Shown: piece by piece, positions 18,134 through 27,317 of the stretch
How positions within the stretch are numbered: position 1 is the stretch's first letter
Layout of the letters: each line of letters opens with the position of its first letter
Source: Candidatus Daviesbacteria bacterium
GTDB taxonomy: Bacteria; Patescibacteriota; Microgenomatia; Daviesbacterales; UBA10151
DNA: 64,000 bases
NCBI GenBank assembly: GCA_016186955.1
Contig: JACPKP010000006.1
Coordinates: 4,055 to 68,054 of the forward strand
Reading direction: 5' to 3'
The notes under the pieces: generated by a model
Database searches by the model: none
What the model saw: only the letters and a program-made list of their open reading frames with translations
What the model was told of the DNA's origin: nothing
Made by a program: the position numbers and the translations under genes

Positions 18134-19309
18134 CTAACGATCCAAAGCCGGCGCATTCCAGTTGTCGCCACGTACGAGCGCCGGATCCCGCCTTGGCGGG
18201 CGAGAGGCAGCCTGTTTCCGGTTTGAGTCCTGTTCCTGGTCCAGCTTGTCCCAGGGAATGGCCCCCCCTAGCTGTAGTAGGGCGCCCAGGTAACCGTACT
18301 CCTCGTTGCCTGTAGCGACGTTGGACAGCTCCATGATACCCAAGGCATACCGAGTGATGTTACGTTCGAGACGGACGTAGTCCGCTCCAACGTTGACACC
18401 GAGCATCTTGAGCATCATGTCGCGGGTAGTAGCTCCGACAGTTGCCGGAAGTGCGGGGTCCTCCAGGATCCCCTTAATGCGCGTCGCGTCGTGCGCGAGA
18501 GCCCGAGCAACCGGAATTCCAAGGCCGCCAAAGACCTTGTTGATCCGGTTGATGACGGCTTCTGCCTCATCGCGCAGGCCGGCGGTGTCAGGCGGTTGGA
18601 GCATGCCTGGTGGCATAACAGCGGCACCCCCACGGCCGGTCTGAGCCATGGCGAGGACGGAAAGGGCCATCATAGGATTGTTCACCCCCTTGGCCCACGT
18701 ATCGGTCCAGTTGATGAGCAGCTCGTTGAAGCTGCGAAGCGCCGGCCAGAGTTCGGTGTTGAGCCGGGCGAGGAAAGCGCTCTTGCGCTTGTCGCTCATG
18801 AAATTGCCCGGGTACCCGAGCGCCGACAGGACATCCCCGTAACGGCGTTGCTGAGCCAGCTGGTAGACCTTCTTGAAGTTCTCACCGGCAGGCTCTTCCT
18901 GCTCATCGGCAAACTGCTCTGCACGCGCCAGCAGGACTTCAGGTAGTTCGTACAACCCGACCCTTGCAGCGATTGCAGCTCTCATAGCCGACATCACGTC
19001 GATCCGCTCAACCTTGAGCATCCCTCCGACCTTGAGCATCTCCAGGAAGCTTGAGTCGTCAGGAACGGTCGGAAGCGTGTCGAGCGAAGCCGGTTCGGCA
19101 GTGACCTGTTCGGCCGCAGGTGGCGCGGGGGCGAAGGCTTTAGCAGCCTTCTTGGCCGCGATCACGGTGCATCCGGTGATTTCCCGGATTTCATACTCGT
19201 TTAGGAGCACCATTTCGGCATCGCCCGCGACCCCCTGGTCGGCAAGCTTGCCGGTTTGCTCCTCCGAGAAGCCCAGCTCTGTGAGCCGGGTCTTCAGTTC
19301 CTCGTTCAT
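18134..19309 (-). CDS. hypothetical protein with an N-terminal SAM/HhH-like domain
   Basis: SD AGGAG before ATG 19309; LTELGFSEEQTGKLADQGV...LLNEYEIREITG pattern; GC-rich codon usage. Confidence 0.75.
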   Translation of the reverse strand: MNEELKTRLTELGFSEEQTGKLADQGVAGDAEMVLLNEYEIREITGCTVIAAKKAAKAFAPAPPAAEQVTAEPASLDTLPTVPDDSSFLEMLKVGGMLKVERIDVMSAMRAAIAARVGLYELPEVLLARAEQFADEQEEPAGENFKKVYQLAQQRRYGDVLSALGYPGNFMSDKRKSAFLARLNTELWPALRSFNELLINWTDTWAKGVNNPMMALSVLAMAQTGRGGAAVMPPGMLQPPDTAGLRDEAEAVINRINKVFGGLGIPVARALAHDATRIKGILEDPALPATVGATTRDMMLKMLGVNVGADYVRLERNITRYALGIMELSNVATGNEEYGYLGALLQLGGAIPWDKLDQEQDSNRKQAASRPPRRDPALVRGDNWNAPALDR

Positions 19310-19401
19310 GAAAAACTCCTTTTTGTTTGCTGTCCACAACACATAGCTGTGGATGCGGGGAAACTTCCGTTTCCTCCTTTCTTCACAGTTTCGGGCTGTT
19401 A

Positions 19402-20526
19402 CTAAGAATCGGCTTCTAAAGGTGTAACGTTTTCGCCTTGCCTCGAGTGGCTGATGGGCCATGCGTGGCGGTAGTGGGCGAATACATCTCCCGGGCGGGG
19501 GATGTCCTGGTAGCCGGGCAGCTTAGACTGAGCGCCAAAATGCTCCTGCGCTACCTGAACCATCCGCCAAACCTGATTGAGGTTGGCGGCGTCAATCGTT
19601 ACCTTATCGCCGGTCCGCAGGAACTCGATTAGACCCTGCTTGCTCGGCTTTGACGCCTCCGTCACATAGACGAGGGCTGCACGCACGTCAGCCAAAAGAC
19701 CCGGGTTTTCAACCTGGATGATCCGGCTGCGTCCTCCCAGCTTCTCCGCCCACCAATCCGTAGTGTACGGAAGGAGTCGGCCGGTATAAGTAGGGACTTG
19801 CAGTACGAAAGGATGCCAATGCTCCAAGAGCTGCCGGCAGATTTCCTCCGTCGCCATATTCAAGAAATCAGCTGCCTGGCCAAGATATTCCCTGACGCCC
19901 TCAGCGGTCACGAACCCGCGTCCGATCTCGTCTAAGGCGATCGTCAAATAGCCCTTGAGACCGTAGTAGGTCCATGTGTCCGCGTAGACCGACAGGGCGT
20001 AGTACAGGCCCAAATCGTAATCTTCGGCTGACGAGTCGTTTCCCATGCTTGCAGGCTGGAGCAGCCGCACCTGTTCGGCGCTCCGCTCATCAGACTCAAA
20101 CTGAGAAACTTGAACGACCGGAAGTCCGTCGTTATGGACATTGTAAAAGTCATTTACAACGCCTGTTGCGAGCTGCGGGTTGTACCGGGTTCGCACTCCA
20201 TCAAGCAGCTTGTACTGTCGCTCGGCTGTGCGGAAGAAATCCCCAACATATTGGGATGTACTCCCGGTGCCGTCGAAAAGACTGAGAACCGGCAAGGAAA
20301 CACCGTGGGTCAGAAGATAGGTACCTGGTTCATCACTGGGAACCATCGCGTTATGGCTTTCCCGCGGCTTCTTGCCGACGATGTCGACATTGGGATGAAG
20401 GTGGCCTGTTACGTCGCGGTACGTTTTTCCCGCATCGTGAACACCCTCATGCCGTTGATTCATAGAGCGGACAGTCGCCCGGTAGGATTCCGGGTCAAAT
20501 TGCCGTACATTTTGGGGATTCCCCAT
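19402..20526 (-). CDS. von Willebrand factor A (vWA) domain protein
   Basis: LFDGTGST MIDAS motif, GNDSSAEDY, KGYLTIALDE. Confidence 0.8.
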   Translation of the reverse strand: MGNPQNVRQFDPESYRATVRSMNQRHEGVHDAGKTYRDVTGHLHPNVDIVGKKPRESHNAMVPSDEPGTYLLTHGVSLPVLSLFDGTGSTSQYVGDFFRTAERQYKLLDGVRTRYNPQLATGVVNDFYNVHNDGLPVVQVSQFESDERSAEQVRLLQPASMGNDSSAEDYDLGLYYALSVYADTWTYYGLKGYLTIALDEIGRGFVTAEGVREYLGQAADFLNMATEEICRQLLEHWHPFVLQVPTYTGRLLPYTTDWWAEKLGGRSRIIQVENPGLLADVRAALVYVTEASKPSKQGLIEFLRTGDKVTIDAANLNQVWRMVQVAQEHFGAQSKLPGYQDIPRPGDVFAHYRHAWPISHSRQGENVTPLEADS

Positions 20527-20941
20527 CTCAGACTCCTTTCCAAAGGTTATTTACAGTCCAACCAATCAAGATACGTTACGTGCCTTTGATCAGCCGTTGA
20601 TAGTTACCTCCTTTCACTCTTCACTTGTCAATGTGCCTTTTGCCTAGTTTTCTAGACAAACAGGTAAATCTTTATCAGGATCCACTTGTTTGTTTAGAAA
20701 ACGTCGTCAATTGTACTCTAAAATGTAATTTTGTGTCAAGGAACGCTGGCATGAAACAATATAGTGTTAATATTACACTAACTATTGGGAGAAATCAAGA
20801 TCCAAAAGCTCGGTATTTCAATTAAACTCTTCTGAGTATGACGCAACAAATTTACTACAAGATAATATGGTATAATTCAATTATGAATAAAAATGCAGCA
20901 TACAAAGCTAAAGAACCAAAAAAGTTTTAACAGTTCAATTT

Positions 20942-21781
20942 ATGGATCAACAGGAATCTGACCCGGAAAGTACGTTAATTGAGGAGGAGGCAAAAAGTAA
21001 AATAAGGGATTTTTTATCAGATCCAAAATTAAAATTCCACTTCTCCCGTCCATACAGGCTCCAGCAAATACTTTCGCAGGGGATTATTTCCAAGTCATTC
21101 GCAGACCGTGCAAAGCTTGATTATGAAAGTAATTTAGGAATTAGAAATCCAAGGTTAATCAGTATTTCAGACCGGGTAAAAAATAACGAATGGGGCGACT
21201 GGTGGTTGATACAATTTGCGTCGGAGAGGGACAATATCGGTTATTTGCTGCCAAGTGATTTGGAGATTGAATCAACGACCCCTCATCCTTCCGAATCACA
21301 GGTTAAATTCAGGATCAGCCCGAGACAAATAGAAGGCATCTTCGTTATGGATACAAAAACCTTACAAGAACCCATCAGCCAAATTGATTACAGTCTTGAT
21401 GCAACCGGTTTTGTTGCCAGGTATACATTAGCATTAGAAAAAGTTTCCGATTTCAACAGGGAATCGATTCGGAAAAATCATCCCCGTCTTAAATATCTGG
21501 AACACGAACTAAGGGACTTAAGACAAGGTGTGGCTGGTATGAAATATAAGGACTGGCCGGAAGGTGTAAAAAAAGCAATCAGCCTGTTTATTGACCGGGA
21601 AGACGAGATTATTGATGAAATTGCAAAGAAACAGTTGGAAGAATTAATCGGTAAACCCGCTGAAACTATTACACAGCTTGACCTTTACACCCACTTTGCA
21701 AAAAAAGCCGGAATACCAATTTATATTATTGATAAAAATTTATTGGCTGCCAAAGTAGTTTGGCCTCCTGTTGGTAGGTAA
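20942..21781 (+). CDS. hypothetical protein with an ADP-ribosyltransferase-like N-terminus
   Basis: FHFS...LQQILSQGIISK, ISIS, E-x-x-V...I-x-P-x-x-I pattern. Confidence 0.5.
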   Translation: MDQQESDPESTLIEEEAKSKIRDFLSDPKLKFHFSRPYRLQQILSQGIISKSFADRAKLDYESNLGIRNPRLISISDRVKNNEWGDWWLIQFASERDNIGYLLPSDLEIESTTPHPSESQVKFRISPRQIEGIFVMDTKTLQEPISQIDYSLDATGFVARYTLALEKVSDFNRESIRKNHPRLKYLEHELRDLRQGVAGMKYKDWPEGVKKAISLFIDREDEIIDEIAKKQLEELIGKPAETITQLDLYTHFAKKAGIPIYIIDKNLLAAKVVWPPVGR

Positions 21782-21807
21782 ACGAGGTTAAATTAGTATT
21801 AACTTTC

Positions 21808-22434
21808 TTAAGGCTTTCTCCAAATAGGGTAGCAGTGCTCCTTAGTAAATTCTCTGATAAATTCCAGGCTGGATGCAACCAATTCTCCCGGCTTTTTACC
21901 GCTGATCTCAATATATCCAATCATCCTGCCTAAAAACTCTTCCGACCCTCTTTGCCCAAAGGTTATAGTTGAAAGTTTCCCGTCCCGGCGTTGCGACTGG
22001 GTAAACTCAAAGCTGTTTTTAACAATTTTTAAATTACCACAATCCTGCATTTTGATACGAAAACTACTGTCATATTTATCGGAGCTTTTACCAAGTTCAA
22101 ACAATGTCACATGTCCGTCAAGATCAAGGTAACCACTATCTCCACCACCCCATTTAGTTAGATCCATCATACCCGGTTTATAATCTAATTCTGCTGCTTT
22201 CAAACAGCCGTCAGAAAAATGTGCGGGTTTAAATTGCAATCTTTTGGTATCTGGAAAGGCTACAGCTAAATGTTCAATTAATTTAGTAGGTAAAGCAAAC
22301 GGGTCTCCCGGTATGAAATACTCATTAGGCCATTTATAAATCTGGCCTTCATCGGGATCTGTGGAGATCTGATATCTGCCCTCTAGACCAATCTCCTGCA
22401 CCCGGGTGTGTTTAGATTCTAAATGTAAACCCAT
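21808..22434 (-). CDS. hypothetical protein
   Basis: TTGACA-17-TAGAAT promoter 8 nt before ATG. Confidence 0.7.
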   Translation of the reverse strand: MGLHLESKHTRVQEIGLEGRYQISTDPDEGQIYKWPNEYFIPGDPFALPTKLIEHLAVAFPDTKRLQFKPAHFSDGCLKAAELDYKPGMMDLTKWGGGDSGYLDLDGHVTLFELGKSSDKYDSSFRIKMQDCGNLKIVKNSFEFTQSQRRDGKLSTITFGQRGSEEFLGRMIGYIEISGKKPGELVASSLEFIREFTKEHCYPIWRKP

Positions 22435-22493
22435 TGAACCAGATTCTATATAGTTTATATCTGTGTGTCAAGTGCGAGTGCAATTGCAAAATC

Positions 22494-24359
22494 TTATCTA
22501 CTGAAGAAGAAATCCCAAATAATCTGGAGGAAATCGCGTCCGGCAGAAACTGATACACCCTGGACACTGGGAGCTGGGGTAGACTGCTGCGGGGCAGGAG
22601 TTGACTGATCCGGGGCAGGGGTAGATGATGAAGTTGTCGGCGCCGGGGTAGAGTTGCTGGTACTGCCGGATGAAGCACACTGGCATTGGCAATAATCACC
22701 GCTCCAGTTGCAACTCCCGCCGCACGAGGTGCAACCTGCTTGCTGCTGGTCACGGCTCATTGTAGATGTAGTCGTAGAAGTTGAATTGGAAGTACTACCG
22801 CTAGGCATTTGGCAGTAAGAGCCGTTCCAACTACCTCCTGCCTGTCCACAGGCTGTGGCAGGATCGCTGCTATAACCTGAAGATGAATAAGGATAGGGCG
22901 TAGCATAGCTCCCTCCGCTTGTTGTCCCTGAAGAATTGTATCCGGCGCATCTGCAATAACCCGGGCTCCAGTCACAGGTTCCTCCGCCAGACCTACATGT
23001 TGACTCCTGACTCTCCCTGCTTCCATAATAGCCGGAAGAAGATGGATAACTAGACGTTCCCGGGTAAGGTGAGTAGCTTGCTCCCGGTGCGCCACCACTA
23101 ATCGGGCTTTGGTAACCCTTGCAATAACAGTGTCCTGAACTCCAATCGCATGTCCCGCCTCCAGACTTACAAGTCGATTCCTGGCTTTCTTTACTTCCGT
23201 AATAACCATCCTGCGAACCAGGGGTGTATGTTTTGATCTCCCCGTTAAAAGCGCACGCACATGAATTGTTTGTCCATTTACAATTAGTTGTCCTGTTACA
23301 CATATCCTGGGGATTATAATTTCCGGTAGTGCCTTCAGGTGAAGAATCACGGCAGGATCCGCCATCCCAATACCTACCCGCCTGGGAACACCTCCAAGCG
23401 TCCTGACTTTTATCCAGGGGTGTACAAACACCTCCAGGACCGTAGTAATAGTTAGCGGGACAAGCTTGTGTATAAACATTCCCACCGTATGAACCGCAGG
23501 CGCAGGTATTATTATTCCATGCGCAATTAGGCGTCCTGGCGCAGTATTCCTGAGGGGTATAGTTGCTACCACCCTCACGGTTTTGCGATATAGACCGGCA
23601 TTTTTCCGGGTTTTGTCTGCAGTATGCAGCGCAGGATTCTGCAGTGTTACAACCGCCCGGACCACTGAAGGATTCCACCCCGACTGATTTTGAATATGAT
23701 GAACATATGTTGTAGTTAGCTGGGTCGCTGCAAAAGGCTTTACAGGTGCCTTCTGAGCTGCATCCACCCGGACCAACCTGCTGCTGGCCGCCGCGCAAAC
23801 CTACCTCCTTTGCAAACTCTGAGCATTTTTGCTTGTTTGCCTCCAATCCGCAAAACGTCATGCAATCTTGGGGTGAAGTACAACCTAAGGCCTCTTTTGC
23901 TTTTTCCAGGATCTTTTTTTCTTCTGTTGACCTGACCTGGCCTCCAACCAGGTTATTTTTCCTGGCAAACGAGTCGCATTCATCTACATGCTCCGGCTTA
24001 TCGCAATAACTTTTACAGCTTTCAAAGGAATTACACCCAAAACTTTGTTTTGCCTTGGCTAAAATCTCATCTTTTTTGACAGTTTCCTGCTCTTCTTTAT
24101 AAAAACCTTTCTTTTTGGCAAAATCAATACAGGTCGTATAGTTTACCGGATCCTCACAAAAGCTCCTGCATGATGAGATATCCTGGCAATCACCAAGTTC
24201 TGCAACCGGAAATGTCACACCATATTTTTGGGCAGTCTCGGCAGAATCACTGGCTGATTGGGTTTGGGCAAAAACACCTTTTACCCCAAAAAACAAAAAA
24301 ATAACAGCCGCAAGAGGGAAAATTATTTTTTTGTATTGTCCGTATATAGTTTCTGTCAT
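22494..24359 (-). CDS. secreted Cys-rich repeat surface protein, paralog A
   Basis: Signal peptide; GC-x-S-x-x-x-C-x-x-F/Y-C repeats; C-x-x-x-GG-x-C-x-W repeats; Ser/Thr/Pro tail; C-terminal VQGVS...LQIIWDFF. Confidence 0.85.
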   Translation of the reverse strand: MTETIYGQYKKIIFPLAAVIFLFFGVKGVFAQTQSASDSAETAQKYGVTFPVAELGDCQDISSCRSFCEDPVNYTTCIDFAKKKGFYKEEQETVKKDEILAKAKQSFGCNSFESCKSYCDKPEHVDECDSFARKNNLVGGQVRSTEEKKILEKAKEALGCTSPQDCMTFCGLEANKQKCSEFAKEVGLRGGQQQVGPGGCSSEGTCKAFCSDPANYNICSSYSKSVGVESFSGPGGCNTAESCAAYCRQNPEKCRSISQNREGGSNYTPQEYCARTPNCAWNNNTCACGSYGGNVYTQACPANYYYGPGGVCTPLDKSQDAWRCSQAGRYWDGGSCRDSSPEGTTGNYNPQDMCNRTTNCKWTNNSCACAFNGEIKTYTPGSQDGYYGSKESQESTCKSGGGTCDWSSGHCYCKGYQSPISGGAPGASYSPYPGTSSYPSSSGYYGSRESQESTCRSGGGTCDWSPGYCRCAGYNSSGTTSGGSYATPYPYSSSGYSSDPATACGQAGGSWNGSYCQMPSGSTSNSTSTTTSTMSRDQQQAGCTSCGGSCNWSGDYCQCQCASSGSTSNSTPAPTTSSSTPAPDQSTPAPQQSTPAPSVQGVSVSAGRDFLQIIWDFFFSR

Positions 24360-24622
24360 TTTATTGTATCAAACGGATTTTTATATGCGGAAAATGGATT
24401 AACATACTGAGAGCTTTTGTCAAAAGGGTTTTTATAGGCGGTTTGCAATTTAACTGTTGGTTCCTTAGTATTTTGTTGAACCTTATCGGTGATAAGTTTT
24501 GTAGGGTTTTTGATAATACCAGAGGTGATTAGCAAAAACAGCGCTGATATAAAAATAACTGCAACTAGAAGTAGAATAAGATGTGCTATTCCTGACTGGG
24601 CAAGGAGCAGTTTTTTAACCAC
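24356..24622 (-). CDS. small prepilin-like protein with three NPF repeats
   Basis: QSG|IAHL + hydrophobic helix; YKNPF-x5-YVNPF-x2-YKNPF. Confidence 0.75.
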   Translation of the reverse strand: MVKKLLLAQSGIAHLILLLVAVIFISALFLLITSGIIKNPTKLITDKVQQNTKEPTVKLQTAYKNPFDKSSQYVNPFSAYKNPFDTIK

Positions 24623-24672
24623 TAAACATATAATCCCCAAAGACAGGGATTTTGTCAAGTGTCAAAATATGG

Positions 24673-27264
24673 TTAAACCACACTCAAACACCACGTTTGT
24701 TGTTTTTGGTTTTGAATTTTTTTGCACTCATTTTTGGCAAAGTTTTTATCAGAATCCCAATCGAGTAAGGAAGTACCTATCTGTTTAAAACAACTTTCCT
24801 GATGAATGCTGCTCAAATTCGAGCAAAAATCAATCATCTTATTAGTCTTGCCCACGAATCTATACGACAGAGAAGATATTACTCCACCTATGCAAACACT
24901 TTGAAAATGCAAAGAAAGCATACTCTCACAATTTGTTTTCATTAAAGCAAAATCTTTTGTAAAACCAACTTGGTTGGTGCCAATGGTCCTGATGCAATTA
25001 TCCTGGAACTTTTCAGGGATTTTGAAACACATACGGGCTACCTTAGCAAAATCCTGGTGGTTCAAAATTGCAAAATATGAACTCTGGTATTGCCAACAAA
25101 GCGCCAAATATTTTTCTTCTAAAATGTTACATGGATAAAACGGATCATCTTTTTTCAGGTATACTGTTGCGTGATCAAGTGAGGTAGATGAAGAAGAATT
25201 TTCCATAAATACCCCTGTGTAACATTTTTCTTTATGTATTTGCGACTCAAGGGCATCACAAAGTCTCAAGGATTCCTTAAGTTCCATATCCGTTACAAAC
25301 ATGGCTGCATGCCCCAACCCATGTAAACACTCATAATATTCCAAAGGTTTTGTATAATCTTCCAATTTCCCACAAATTTTTGGGAATTGTGCAGCAAGGC
25401 TTGCTTCGGTTTCAAGGTTTTGACTTTTTAAGTAAGCCTCAATTGTGCCATGATAGCAACCCCCATGACAGGTTGAATCACACTGGCTATAAACACCACT
25501 TATATTATTTAACTTTTCAAATTCTAGCCGGGAGAGGTAGTGGGTAACTTCGTGGCATCTGGCAAAAACTTCCTGATAGTCTTCGTTTTCTCTCAAAAGA
25601 CTCATGGTTTTTGACAAACCAAACTGGTCATATAAAACTTTTGCAACCCTCTTATAACAATTATCCCGACCGCCACTGCCATAACAGATGTTTAACTGAT
25701 CCCTCAAATATGCATTTTTATCCTGCCCTATCTCTACCGAGCTGAAATTATTTTTTTTTTGCCTGCCATATTCTTTGATAATTGTCTCCAGATATTTTAA
25801 GCATTCATCCGGGTTTTGCAGACTCTGACAAACCATTGTTGATTTATCACCCCAACCTGGAATTTCCTGAAATATTAATTCTCCTGCGGCAGCTTTTGTA
25901 CAGGCTGCCAAGTAATTTGGGTCGCTTATTTGCCGGCAACCGCTTATGATTTGTTTGGGATCGCCCGATGCAGCTATATAAAAACCTAATGAATCAACAC
26001 AAGCTTTTTTAAACTGCTCAGAGGTTGAATTTAAACAAACCTTTATCACATCATCAAAGCTTAAATGAAATCTACTCATCAGCAGAGTAGCCTGATTTCT
26101 ACCACAGCTAAATGAATATTTTGGTCCAAAATTTGCCTCTAAATCATCGCAGGGGTAATAAGGGTCATCCTTTTTATAAAAATTTTGGCTTGCCGACCTT
26201 GCAAACTCCATAAAAACTCCATCAAAACAGTAATCGTTTCCTGATTGCAATTTTCTACAGGCAGCCAATGCCTCCTGAAGGTCTTTGGTTGTATAAAAAC
26301 TTGCAACCCCGTGGCCTATTCCATGCATACAACTTGCAAAAGGACCACCTGTTCCGAGTTTATTGCATGCATCTTCTGCTTTGGGTAAATCTTTTAAGCT
26401 TTTCTCAAAAGCCTTATCTAAAAAGCCATGGAAGCAGCCAAAAGCAAAGTCCTGCGAACAAATAGTGATACCTGAAAAACTTTTCTTTTCGTAAATAAGC
26501 TTTCCCATCAGGTGAGTCAAATCATGAACATTTCCGGTAGTTCCTCCCTGTCCTTGATAAGTTTGTTTTAGAAACTGCCAAGTATTTTCAACCCCCTCAA
26601 TCTCCACCATCTCATTTATACTTTTAATTTGTTCATCAGGAGAAAGTTTGTTTAAGTTTGGGCGGATAAAACTTTTATTTTGGTTTTGTGTTTGATTATT
26701 TTTTTTGAAGTTAAAATGAAACAAACTACTGAAAAAGTTTGAAATTTTATTTTTAGCAATTTCAAACCAATTTTGTTTAGTAGTTTTTGGAGGCGGAAAA
26801 TCCTGATCAACCGCACTTGTTTCACCATTGACAATCAATTCTCCTCGAAAATGCGGATAAAGGTGATCATGGAATTTCCAATTGCCGGTTTTAGGTTTAA
26901 AAGCCCAATCCCTTCCAGGGTCTATCTCATGTTTGGGGTCAAACTCAGGATAGGTATCATGAGTAGGATGGATGTTGGAAGCTGGCCAATGCGCATTACT
27001 GCCTTCATTAATAAATATTACAGTTGTATCGGAATCAATCTCAATTGTTTGCGGATCAAACCCATTATCTGTTATTTTAATCACTTGAGTTGCAGAGTGG
27101 GCAAAAGTCGGTTGAGGGAAAAATGAACTATTCTGCAGTAAACTGCGGAGTATCCCTTCGGGAAAGTTCTTCTGTGAACCATTCATCCTCCACAAAGCTT
27201 GCGAGGTATTCTGGTTCAAGAATAACAAAAAGGAGATTAAAAAAAATTTTAAAAAACCCCCCAT
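24673..27264 (-). CDS. exported cupredoxin-like domain plus two Cys/His-rich repeat units
   Basis: GFDPQTIEI...HWPASNIHPTH...FHDHL; repeated CFHG, CMHGIGH, GVFME motifs. Confidence 0.8.
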   Translation of the reverse strand: MGGFLKFFLISFLLFLNQNTSQALWRMNGSQKNFPEGILRSLLQNSSFFPQPTFAHSATQVIKITDNGFDPQTIEIDSDTTVIFINEGSNAHWPASNIHPTHDTYPEFDPKHEIDPGRDWAFKPKTGNWKFHDHLYPHFRGELIVNGETSAVDQDFPPPKTTKQNWFEIAKNKISNFFSSLFHFNFKKNNQTQNQNKSFIRPNLNKLSPDEQIKSINEMVEIEGVENTWQFLKQTYQGQGGTTGNVHDLTHLMGKLIYEKKSFSGITICSQDFAFGCFHGFLDKAFEKSLKDLPKAEDACNKLGTGGPFASCMHGIGHGVASFYTTKDLQEALAACRKLQSGNDYCFDGVFMEFARSASQNFYKKDDPYYPCDDLEANFGPKYSFSCGRNQATLLMSRFHLSFDDVIKVCLNSTSEQFKKACVDSLGFYIAASGDPKQIISGCRQISDPNYLAACTKAAAGELIFQEIPGWGDKSTMVCQSLQNPDECLKYLETIIKEYGRQKKNNFSSVEIGQDKNAYLRDQLNICYGSGGRDNCYKRVAKVLYDQFGLSKTMSLLRENEDYQEVFARCHEVTHYLSRLEFEKLNNISGVYSQCDSTCHGGCYHGTIEAYLKSQNLETEASLAAQFPKICGKLEDYTKPLEYYECLHGLGHAAMFVTDMELKESLRLCDALESQIHKEKCYTGVFMENSSSSTSLDHATVYLKKDDPFYPCNILEEKYLALCWQYQSSYFAILNHQDFAKVARMCFKIPEKFQDNCIRTIGTNQVGFTKDFALMKTNCESMLSLHFQSVCIGGVISSLSYRFVGKTNKMIDFCSNLSSIHQESCFKQIGTSLLDWDSDKNFAKNECKKIQNQKQQTWCLSVV

Positions 27265-27317
27265 ACTTAATCAAAATTATACATAAATGAAAATTTTAAG
27301 AAAGTGTTAAAAAAATT

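Noticed and set aside
20060-20100. Second CTGATGA hammerhead-like core inside the vWA gene
   Set aside because: Not followed by GAAA and no stem I or III; explained by the coding sequence SDE
13250-22434. Prophage or autonomous integrative element at tRNA-Tyr
   Set aside because: No integrase, transposase or virion genes are recognisable
22757-23776. 339-aa alternative-frame ORF
   Set aside because: Shadow of the repetitive Cys/Gly-rich gene; no recognisable motifs or start signals
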